DNA of 61,946 nucleotides, counting the filler, from Choristocarpus tenellus KU-1152 (taxonomy: Eukaryota; Protista; Phaeophyceae): assembly GCA_964200185.2 (NCBI GenBank). It is 7 parts of 7 records of this genome, joined end to end, with 100 filler letters (N's around TTAATTAATTAA, not from the genome) between each part and the next. Parts side by side here need not be neighbours in the genome. Positions count along the whole stretch, not along the records: positions 8,895 to 27,306 come from CAXNAD020000556.1; positions 27,407 to 31,540 come from CAXNAD020016047.1; positions 31,641 to 35,766 come from CAXNAD020016085.1; positions 35,867 to 39,919 come from CAXNAD020016462.1; 3 more parts are not named here. One strand, given 5' to 3'. Every line of letters begins with the position of its first letter. The stretch's first letter is position 1. The notes beneath the pieces were generated by a model. That model saw only the letters and a program-made list of their open reading frames with translations. It ran no database searches and had not been told where the DNA came from. Of this stretch, positions 24,531-35,869 are shown piece by piece. A program made the translations under genes and the position numbers.

Positions 24531-25195
24531 ATGAAAACTCCGGGTCTAAGGGATTACTGGTGCAAAGGAATTCTTTCGGAAAATATATATTTGGTCGTGA
24601 TATTTCATTCATCTATTTACTATTTTCCTACCAGCTATGCGGCACCACTGCCTTCCTGTGCCTCCAACCAAGCTTAGTCCTGCACCCAAGGGTGAGGAGC
24701 TAGAGAAGCATCCCAAGAATCTAACAAACCCCTCCTTGCCCATCACACAATACACGTTGTTAAAAGATTTTAACAGTTAAAACTATTAGGACGTATAACC
24801 AATGCTCTATATTTTATTGTTATGTCCTCTGACATTTGCAGATGTGTCAGAGGAAAAAACGATCGATGTATCTTTGCGAGAGTCTACGCATAGCTTAGTA
24901 CTGTCGTCTTTTTCTTTTCATGTTGTAACACACTACCTGGAGTACATAACAACACGAGTTCACACTACTACTACTCTCAAAAGTGTTATGATTGCGTAAA
25001 AACCATGTCGTGCTGCAGCATGTACTACAACTAGATCACTGCTGAACACTGCTCTTTGTCCAAAGCGTTACCATACATACATGGAGCAACACTGTTGTTG
25101 TAACATCACCATGTCGTATGTCATTGTCACTGTTGTGCTACTAGTATATGTTAACACACAAAACAAATTCCCGTTTGTTGTGGCACAACGTTATA

Positions 25196-25378
25196 GACTC
25201 AAAGTATCTGGGGGAGGGTGGGGGTCTACACCGGGTTGGGTGTCTTGTAAGGCCCCAACCAGGTGAAATTAACTTATATCATCCATCTGACGCATGCAAC
25301 CAAATCAACCAAAAATCGCGACATGGAAAAATGGACCCCAATTGGACAGCGGCCACCTCCCCTCAGATACTTTGAGTC
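25196..25378 (+). mobile_element. MITE family A, complete copy
   Basis: TIRs gactcaaagtatctggggg / cccctcagatactttgagtc. Confidence 0.85.
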
Positions 25379-25476
25379 AGATGCTGAGGTGTCACTGCTG
25401 ATACTATTCCATATGGGATGTGAATATGTGCCATACATACATACTGTATGTTCTTAGTTGTGTTCCATTGGCTGCA

Positions 25477-25509
<33 letters not shown>

Positions 25510-25898
25510 ACTGCTACTACCCCGAACGTGTTACGCTATCAACATATAAAGGTAGTGTTCTTCTGATGATGTATATCAAATGCTCCCAATACCTTGGGCG
25601 TCTGGTAAGACTGTTGCTGCAGTGGAAGAAATTTGTCACTGTCGAACTGGAAAGGATTTCAGCTCTTGGTGTTATACTTCCCCCGCTGAGATGATTTGTT
25701 GTATTGGAGGTAACTAGTATTATTGCTCTTCTTAAATCTTATTAACAAAGCCCCTTCAATTGTAGTGTCTGTTTTGCATGGCACGGTCACTAACCATTTA
25801 CAATCGATGTTAATCAGACAGAGGGGTCATCATTTACTGGACATTCCTCCTCTCACGCACCTCAGTAGTTCCTATACTGTTGAGAGTCTAGGATTCTT

Positions 25899-26157
25899 GA
25901 GTGAAAGTATCTTAGAGGGTACGAATTTTGCCCTGTTTGTCCATGTGGGGCTTGGCTTCCCACGGGTTTTTATTGACATTTTACCTACTCCAAAATGTTT
26001 CGGAGTAGGTAAAATGTATACGGTATGAAAAGGAGTGTCCAGACAAGGATATTGACATCACCTAAACAAACATGACAGTCAAAATTACATCAAAATTGCA
26101 ACATTGGATTTTTACCCCCAAATGGACGCAGCTGTACCCTCTAAGATACTTTGGCTC
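25899..26157 (+). mobile_element. MITE family B, complete copy (259 bp)
   Basis: TIRs gagtgaaagtatcttagagggtac / gtaccctctaagatactttggctc, 4-bp TSD TCTT, central 15-bp-stem palindrome. Confidence 0.9.
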
Positions 26158-26799
26158 TCTTCCTTGGCATCTTTAACTTCACAATTCCTTCTCGAGGTAC
26201 CATAGAGTAAGTGATGGTCTCATTTTAACAACTTCGGGTGTTGACTGGTGATAACTTGCTGCTGCCATCATTGGCGATCACTTTCCCTTAACGGTCAAGT
26301 CCGGACAACTTGCACGACAGAGTTGCTATCGACAAATACCGTCTTTGTGACTGTCGTGATGCTACTGCTCATAAGGGAGACAACTAGTAGCACTCTCTTC
26401 AACATCTACAGCAACAACAACAGTCATAGCTGGGAATGAAACATCCCATTGGTCAACACACTTGATATTTTATAAGTGTTTCCTTTCTTGGTGCTGTGTC
26501 TCAATTCTAGCATGATGATTATGTGGTGGCAATCCCCCTCTGTGTTTCCTGATCTTGCCAATCTTGGATCTCCCCCAACTATGTCATCCAAAACAACACA
26601 CACACACACACACGTACCATGTACCCGCCATTATGTTCTGAGTCAAAGTAAACAAGAGTTCAATTTTAAGGATGCAGACAATTACGTGCAAAAATCGGCT
26701 TTTTTACAAAATTGCTGTACACGATATTTTCAGAATTGGTGTCAAAAAGTTTCAAACACTAGAGAAATAAACACTCTCAAATCAAACTTAGAACTGTAT

Positions 26800-27306
26800 C
26801 CATATAAAATGGTTTCGATTTCGATGTAATTTTGGCTATTGTGTTTGTTAGGAAGTATCAATATCCTTGTTCCTGACGCACCTTTTAATAATGTATACAT
26901 TTTAACTACTCCGAAGTATTTTGGAGTAGGAAAATGTCGTAAGAACCCCAAGGGAAGCCAAGCCCCAAATGGGCAAACAGGGCAAAACTTGTACCCACTA
27001 AGATACTTTCGCTCTAAATCATTGAAACAACCTGTCTTAAACGTGATTTTACATGACAGTAATATACCTCTTCAAAGTAGTACACGATATAATACGTATA
27101 TTATATTATGTAGTATATATTTTATTATTATACCCTCCCACATTTTGCAGATGAGCTAAAGATCTTAGAGGGTTAGAGCCGCGTCCATTTGGGGCCCAAA
27201 ATCCAATGTTGCGATTTTGATGTAATTTTGACTATCGTGTTTGTTAGGAAGTGTCAATATCTATCTTTCGGACACACCTTTTCATAACGTAACATTTTAC
27301 CTACTC
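26800..27306 (-). mobile_element. Two MITE family B copies (about 26800-27014 and 27153-27306, the latter cut by the gap)
   Basis: gtacccactaagatactttcgctc end and gagctaaagatcttagaggg end; internal sequence is the reverse complement of 25899-26157. Confidence 0.8.
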
Positions 27307-28491
27307 NNNNNNNNNNNNNNNNNNNNNNNNNNNNNNNNNNNNNNNNNNNNTTAATTAATTAANNNNNNNNNNNNNNNNNNNNNNNNNNNNNNNNNNNNNN
27401 NNNNNNTTTGTTTAAGCAACAGCTCCATTCCTCGCTCTGTGGACACCTCCTAAATTTGCATACACCTTGCACCTCCTGATGGAGAGGGATACAGGATATG
27501 GTAACAGTAGGGGTTGCTGCTGTTGGGGTGAAGTTTAGGATCTCTTGTGCTGTTCTCCTACACACAGCTGGCAACCTACACTTACTTGCCTTGGCTACTT
27601 GATGTGTCTACAACAAGTCTCTTCCCCCCCTATCTCACTTCTCGTCCTTTCTGCTCCATAACAGTCCAATCTTTCTCCTATCGGAGTGGTCAGCATTTTG
27701 TCAAAAGTCAAAGCGTTTGCTCAAGATCAGGGAGAAGGAGTTGTGTCCCCAGCAATGATTTTTTTTGAAGGAGATTGCCTGGAAGAGGTGAATTGCATAC
27801 TGCTGTATACATTTTTCCATTCCTACCAGCAAGCAGACTATGAAGAAATGCAATATCTTCACCTACCATCCTGTATACTGTTGGACATCAAACTCTAAGC
27901 AGGGGTAGGTGGCCTTGTACGCTGCTTCTTCATTCATCAAAGAAAGGGTGTTTCTTTTTTTTTTCCTGTCCTTGTACTCGACCAATATTCTTGAGGACAG
28001 GTTACAGTAGTACATTACCACACCTTTCCCCCTCTACACGAGCTTAGAGTACATGCAAATGATGACAGGTTTGTTCCGTTCTTGATGCTGCCATTACAGA
28101 ACCCTTACGTCTGGCCGGACATATCCATTGAAGAATGCCATCAACCAAGTGGAGACTGTGGCGTTACTCACCCTGCCATTCACTCACATGCTTGCGAGGT
28201 GGGCTGGCTGAGTGATGAAGGAATTCTGCAACTGAATTACGTGTGGTGGGAAGAGTGACACCTTTGTGTTGGTGGCTCTTCTCCAACCTAGTCAAGGCTC
28301 TTGAAAGAATTCTTTCTTGTATTGTGGGGATGAGTGTCCTAGTCCTACACTGTACAATATTGACTAGTTCCATCAAGGAATGCCATCTCTGAGAGTTCAT
28401 ACTCTCCAATGCATTAGTCAAAGTCAATATTTATGCAAGTAAGGTTCGATTGAATGAATGGTATGGCAGCTCAATACTCTTCACCCTGTAG

Positions 28492-29657
28492 GTCTGCAGC
28501 AGCGTGGGTGGCCCTAAAACATGCATCCCTGTGCTTGTACCTAACCGCTGTGTGCTGTTGCCTGGGTTAGGTGAAGTGCCTGGACAAAGACCTTCACGGG
28601 TACCTCAAGTACAGCATGTACATTTGCCCGGCAGAATTCTCCTGCAGTACCTGTTTGTCCCAAATGACGGAGGAGGCACAGGCTTTGTACATCACAGGGG
28701 CCCTTGCATACCTTGAATTGAACCCCAACATCTACAGGTATGCCCGGTAAGCAAACAAAGTACCCATGAAGAGAGTGGGTCTGGCGTCTGCATGGTGTGT
28801 ATCAAGTTGTGCCTCTCCCAAAGGGCACGCTTGACGATTGGTGTCTATGCAAATCCATCTCAGGTTTAGTGATCAAGGAGGTAACGATGTGAAAGTTGGC
28901 GGGTCCAATGTCCTGTGTGCTGGAACGGGTGAGCTGACTGCTGTTGGTCGTGTGTTCTCGAGGTTGTGTGCTTTCCTGCAGTGTTGCAGCCACTCTTCCG
29001 CAAGCAACATTGATGGTGTGGAGCTAATTGTTGCTGTGTTCATAGCAGTACCCCCAGGTAAGTACAATGGATTGATGCCCAGTGCTTATCAAGACTCGTT
29101 CTGTTCTTATACTCTGTTACAATTTCAGGGTTTCAAACATCCCCATTTTGCTGTGGGTAAGGGGTGGTGGATAGCTGGTGACTGACTGGGCTTCTTGACA
29201 TCACATCTATCGACTTGAATTTCTTCAGGGGGAGAAGTTGCTTCAGTATGCATAGATCTGCTCAATGACTCTTTAACCCTCCTCTTTCTCCCTCTCTCTC
29301 ACACACAAAAGTACATACACACACACATATATATACTCACTTTTGCTTGCCATCGACACAGTTTGTCTCAGAGATGTCGACCCAGGTGCTGATGTCACCA
29401 CAGTAGTTGTGATTATAAATGTGGGTGATTCCGAGTTCTACGGTGACATCCCCAACATGATGTACGATGGCACTGGGGTGTCCTGTTTCAACTATGGCAA
29501 TTCATGCTTGGCACAGGTGTGTAGCATTGTCCCTGCATATCTGTTATCTCATTGAGAAGGTACCCTGTGTTTTGCTCACATGTTTTAGTGTGCATTACCA
29601 ACTTGAAAATACTTGCATGCATTAGGCACTAACTTCCAGGAAGCATTGAGTTCATGA
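28492..29657 (+). pseudogene. Unidentified spliced gene fragment, probably a pseudogene
   Basis: Phase-consistent GT-AG exons 28571-28737, 28864-29057 and 29362-29516 read VKCLDKDLHGYLKYSMYICP...NIYR-FSDQGGNDVKV...VPP-VCLRDVDP...GVSCFNYGNSCLAQ. There is an in-frame TAG at 28568-28570 if the exon starts at 28492, and an early TGA after the next acceptor (about 29640). Confidence 0.45.
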
Positions 29658-29999
29658 AGAGTTGACCATAGAGCCAGGCTGACTCTTGGTGCCCGACCGT
29701 TGACATCAGTCCACATTACATCCCTAACAGGAAACCTTTGTTAGTGGGATGTTGTTGCCATTTGACCAAGGTATACCTTTGGCCTTTCTAGACCCCTTGA
29801 GCACTCACAATATTGGCTGGTGTGATGGAGAGGACATCTATAGTACATGTTATTGATACCAGTCAAGAAATTGGTGGTAGTGTATGAGTTGCTAGGGCTA
29901 GGGTTATGTTTGACTAAGAAGTCCACAATAGTGTACCCATGCAACTTCTTTCAAACAACAACAGAGAGAGACAGACAGACAGAGAGAGAGGGAGAGAGG

Positions 30000-30030
<31 letters not shown>

Positions 30031-33000
30031 CTTGTGTCAGGTTGACAGCCTTGAAGCATTCCTTCAAGAACACCATATGGCCAATGGGCTTAAGGCTTCC
30101 ACCTTAATGGACGATACTAGAGTAGCACAAAATTGATGATGACATGACATGGGTCAAGCAATTCTCGTGCATTAGCTTGACACCTGATGCTGTGTTAGGT
30201 TATATGTTGAATGCAGGGACTGACCATAGCTTCCTACCATCATGACCGTTTGTGCCCCCGGATGACCCATTGTGAAAACAAAAAATCAAAGTGGTGTCCA
30301 CTCGAAGAATCTCTTCCTGTCCAATCAACAGATATTTCTTCAGCATACACGTTTGTTGAGTGCTTCAAAGATAATATCCACAGTGTGAATCGTGATGTAA
30401 ACTTCTACGTAAGAAAGGAACCATCAGTGATGACAACTCCAATGTGTGCAGCCTGGTGTTTAAATACGGAGTGGGGCTTCTTCAATCTACAGATAATTCA
30501 ACAGTGAGTGCTTCCACATAGCTTTACTTGGGGTTAGGGTTATGGAAGCACAATGATCTCGCTGACCAGAGTCAATGTGGATGCCTATTATGTCAGCAGT
30601 TTGACGCAATATTCGAGAATGATAGACAACACTATCATACGACACACACAAGTAGAAAGAACCCTTGAAGTGCGGAACTGTTGGGGTAATGTATTCCCTT
30701 GAACCTGGCAGCCCACAGGGTAGGTTAGGTGTCAGTACAGCAAGAGAAAAGTCTGGACAGAGAGTGATATATGAAATGACACCAATGACACTCTTCTGTT
30801 CAGGTACTGGTGGTGTGGAGGGATGGATGAAACATATGTTCAAGTAGTATCATTTCCGACCCCAAACTTAGTGATATGAGATGATAGATTGAGTTTCCCT
30901 TGAGAAGTGACCATCTCTCCGACTTCATGTTCATGTGGTGGTGCTGGAGTTACTTCCTTCTTCTACTCTTAGGTTCAGTATTTAAGGAATTTGCTGCAAA
31001 TATATGCCATTGCTACCATCAGCCAAAAGGATACATTGTCCTTTCCTCTCATGCTTGAAACGTGCAACCTCTTCCATCAGGTTGGGGCTCAGTCTTGAGT
31101 CTTGCACTTTGTTCTTTCATCTTCACGGCTGCCTCTTCTTTGGTACTAATGGCTCCAATTGGTTCTGTGGGGATAAAATTTCTTTGCTGGATCACTCGCA
31201 GTGGACTGAGAACAGCAAATGCTATGTGCCAAGCTCAGGGGATTCCACGCACCACTGTGGAGGGCCCAGAGCAATTTATGATTTGGGAAATCACTGGGAG
31301 CATATGGTTGGCTTCGCAGCAGCACTCTTGTTTTTGGTGGCATGTTTTTGTTCATGTTCAGTAATGACAGGGACTGCAAACTGCTGGAAAATGATTCAAC
31401 ATGGAGTAGATACATATTATTGGGAGCATGACACCAGTCACATGAGAAGTACAGATGGGCCATGGTATTCTAGAGGGGGTGATATTTAGCCCAGGTTGTC
31501 CATTGGGGGCTTGATGAGGTGTTGTAAGATGCCCCAGTTTNNNNNNNNNNNNNNNNNNNNNNNNNNNNNNNNNNNNNNNNNNNNTTAATTAATTAANNNN
31601 NNNNNNNNNNNNNNNNNNNNNNNNNNNNNNNNNNNNNNNNCACCCCCTCCCAGATACTTTGAGCCCCTCCGACCAACCAGAATTCTTTCACCCATAAAAC
31701 TAGATTACTTTGTAAACTTTTGCTTGTGGGTTACCCCACAAATTTTCCAGAACACACACTTTGATGCATGATCATGATGGCTCTAATCACTTAATCTTTC
31801 GACACCCCCATCACACAAAAACATATATACTGTGTTTTCATTGGTTTTTCCCTCCTGACACATCTGCAAAATGTCAGAGGGCATAATTGGTACATGTAGA
31901 CTGTAGAAAAAAAAGAGGAAGGTTCTGTTACACCGGTATTGTATTGTTTCAAGGGGTGGAATCAAAGAATGGAAAACTATCTCGTTAATTTCTTCTTTTG
32001 CTCTCATACAATAATTTGAACGTGGCCAAGGTAGACTGGCCTATGGTGATGCAATAGATATTGGAGTAGGCACATGGTGTACAGACAGTAGTTCGGGTGT
32101 AGTGGAGGTATCTCTGGAGTAGTATCCCCCTTTCCCCTTCTCCCCTTGGGAATGACAGTTGTTGAAGTATCTGTGTAATCCTGCTCCAGGTAAACAGATT
32201 CATCATTTAGAACAGCTGCAACCGGGCGAGTTCCCTGAACTACGCCTATTGGGCAACTAGATTAGTCTATGTTTCAATATTAGTTGGTTGGGTTTTTCAC
32301 CCATAGAAAATGCTAGCAATACGTTTAAAGTTCAAAAACAGATGGAGTAATATCTTAACCCTTACCCAACCCCCATCACACACCCCTCCCACCATCCCCA
32401 GCACCGTTCTCCCCCTCTTCTATCCCCTCTTTCATCCCTCCCCCCCCCCCCATCACCACTCGCCACCTCATCACCACTAGAGACAAATCTGTTCCCTCCC
32501 CATTGTGAAGCAAGTGGTCCCCCTGGGTCCAACCAAAAGGAGGCAGAAAATGTTAACGCTCTGCATGACTGCAGCAAGACCAAACCTACCCAAATGTCCT
32601 CAAGTTTCACACCTTCTGTGCCCTGGGAAATTATATTAGCCCCAGCAATAGTTGCGCTGACAGCCATGGTAAAGGCCTGTTTTGGGAGGGTAGGGGGCCA
32701 GTTGGATTAGGGGGTGCCAAGGCATTAAGAAACGATGACAAGAACGTTCGAACAACAATTGGTTAGACACGTACAGGTCTAGGATGGAGCTGGCCCATTG
32801 GTGTGCAGTATGGGGGGAGGTTGGGCAGAAAATAATTTATATGGGAAAATTCGGATAGTTGTGTGAGAGAAGATGATGGGCATGGACAAAGCGAAATGAG
32901 GTAGATTCTAGGTTTGGGCAAATATTAACACAAGGATATTGGATAAATAAATGTAGCTCACTCTGGTCTGTGCAAGGAGTGAGGGTTAAGGCTTGAGGAA

Positions 33001-34384
33001 GGAGGTGGAGAAGGGGTGACTAATCAAGGATAATTGTAACGTTCAAGTTAAGAACAGACTTCAAATGAACACCAAAGTCGAGTGCTGCAATAAGTTCCAC
33101 AGTACAATGTACATGCAGAGTATGTTAGGGGAGACCATGAGAGCTAATCAACCTCAGACAAGAGACAAATGGGCAGAGTTTGAGCCACGTTTGTAAGATC
33201 ACATTCAGCAGTCATGCAGCATGCATTCCAGTCAGAGCCTTCTGGAGCATGTTTCATGGAAAAAATACGTTACATTGAGAGACATGCTCATTGTTTCCAT
33301 TTCACGAACAGAAACAAGACAACTCCTTCAGGAAGAAACATATCGACAGCGAGAGGTTGTTGATTGGGGTGGACTCATGGAAGGTGGGCTCTTGTGGCCA
33401 GTTCCCATATATAGCCACATTCTGTGGTGAAGCATCTTAGTGATGCATCTTACACTTAGCTAGATGTGAAAAGTAACTTGTTGGCGGATATTCTCGTTCA
33501 CTCCTTAATTAATATTGGTTCCTAGTTCAAGAGGCACGGTACAGATGTAGAAATCTTATCTGGTCTTGCATTGCGACTCTTCAAAACTACACATTGAAGT
33601 TGAAGTTCAAGGTACATCAGAATCTATACAGATGGCGACAAAACATAGGTTGGGCAGATTGGTATGGATGGGGTGTTGAGCGGTACTCTTGAGTGTATGG
33701 CAATAGAAGAGATGTCTTAAACCAAGATCGATGCTGTCACATGGGTTTACATTTTGAACACAATAACAGTACCTGAGATACCCCCGTCCAAACACATCAT
33801 AAAAAGATCCAGGAGATCCTCCCACATGTCTGTGAGCACTATGCGGCAAGACAAATAGAGTGTGCAATCAACACAAACGTAATCAAGCCTGTGCCACACA
33901 CACTTGCATTTCAATACGATCTCTAATATCTTTTGGTGTACTGTGCTAAAGCTCAAAAACCGTCCCATGCACACAAGTAGCTACCCTACCTCATAGCCGA
34001 AGTCCAGGGATCCCTGGAGGATTCCGTCACTAACAAAGACAAATGTGTTCACTGGTTGCATCAAATCAACCAAAGTGATGACTAGAGCCACCACAGTCAG
34101 CACCTGTATGCAAGTACAGCCCACAGGCAAGTGGGTGGGTGGGTGAGAAAATAGCAACAGGGGCAGCCATTGCTAACGTGAAGGTCGCCAAAAAATAGAA
34201 TATGCCAAGACAATACTAGGACATAGTCAAGTCAAGTGTTGGTTCTAGAGTAAATGTCTTGTACTACAAACAACCAAGACGAGCAAAGTAAGTTAATGGA
34301 CAAACTTACATTGGAAAAGCGGCATTGAATTAGTTCTGCTGCTGACTACAAAGCAGGAAAGGGTTTTGGGGCCAACAGAGTACA

Positions 34385-34563
34385 GGCTCAAAGTATCTGG
34401 GGGAGGGAGTGGTGTCTATACCAGGGTGTCCATTCGGTTGCTGACCAGTAGAAGTGCATTTGCATTATCCATCCGACGCATGCAACCAAATCACCCAAAA
34501 ATCGCGACATGGAAAAAAGGGCCCTGAATGGACAGCCGCCGCCCCCCCTCAAATTCTTAGAGC

Positions 34564-34564
<1 letters not shown>
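34385..34564 (+). mobile_element. MITE family A copy
   Basis: ggctcaaagtatctgggg...cttagagcc, with flanks TACA/TACT (near 4-bp TSD). Confidence 0.8.
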
Positions 34565-34618
<54 letters not shown>

Positions 34619-35574
34619 GAGAGACATACAAACTCAACTAGCTGACGAGCATAGTTCGTAGTTTCAGAGGGAGGGAAGTTTGGGTTGCTTTGATCCTTTC
34701 AATACCCAACCAAGTAACTGCATGCACCTCTTGAAGAGATCACATTAAGGGTTGGGGTTAGAAATACTGTAAACAAAGTAGGATTTCCAGAGGAAGATAC
34801 TCATCATGCACAAGAACAAGAAATGAAGAAACTTCAATGAATAATTCCTCATGAGACCGCAACAAGTATGAGTGCCTGCAAACAGTGGTGCTCGTATTCC
34901 AGTTTGAAATGACACACACTGAACAGACTACGCACCTCCACTACGTTAAGGAAGATATGCTAACAGGGAGTAAATAAGTTAAACATTGTATACCCCGACA
35001 ATGGCAGAGAGTTATGGTTAAAATTAAAGAGGGGAGGGGAGGGGAGAGGGGGATCTTTACACCGAGGAAGAATGGGCATCGCAACTGTGGAAAATCAAAG
35101 GGCATACTTAGGGAGAATGCACACCAAGGATGTCCTCATCAAAAGGGCTTTCCTGAAGGTCGCTGTGCAGGTCATGAACGACCTCAAGAGGAAAGACAAG
35201 CTCGGGATCGACCCCTACGCCGATGACTCCTCAGTCGGGTCTTCAGAAGAGCCTGCTCCAAAGAAACAATACATCATGAGCGAAGAGGTACTCAAGGGAG
35301 TGTCAGGTTCATCCTCTCATCTGTCCACCGTATTTGAGTTCGTAACAAGTCACCTCACAATAAACTCCCTGATCGCGCACATTAATTTTACCCCATAAAT
35401 TCCACGGGTGAAATGGGACCTCGTGTTGCAGGAGGATGTGGAGGAGGGTATAGTCTACCTGGACATTGTCAAATACTCAGAGGGCGTTACCTTGATTACC
35501 AGTGGCGAACACGCAGGCAAGCAATTACATCATTGTACAACATCGCCATATGTGAACATCGCACGTCGTTACCT

Positions 35575-35766
35575 GAGTGAAACTATCTTAGAGGGTACGA
35601 ATTTTTCCCTGTTTGTCCACTTACTTGTGGAGCTTGACTTCCCATGGTTTTTTTTATGACAATTGGGTCAAAGTATCTGAGGGGGGGTGGTGGTTTATGA
35701 GGGGGCGTCCGTTTCGGTCAAACAATTCTTTTCTTTGCTGACATTTCACATCCGACATGTGCGACC
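35575..35766 (+). mobile_element. Adjacent partial MITE B (35575-35660) and MITE A-like end (35665-35766)
   Basis: gagtgaaactatcttagagggtacgaatttt... followed by gggtcaaagtatctgaggggggg, running into the gap. Confidence 0.7.
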
Positions 35767-35869
35767 NNNNNNNNNNNNNNNNNNNNNNNNNNNNNNNNNN
35801 NNNNNNNNNNTTAATTAATTAANNNNNNNNNNNNNNNNNNNNNNNNNNNNNNNNNNNNNNNNNNNNGCG

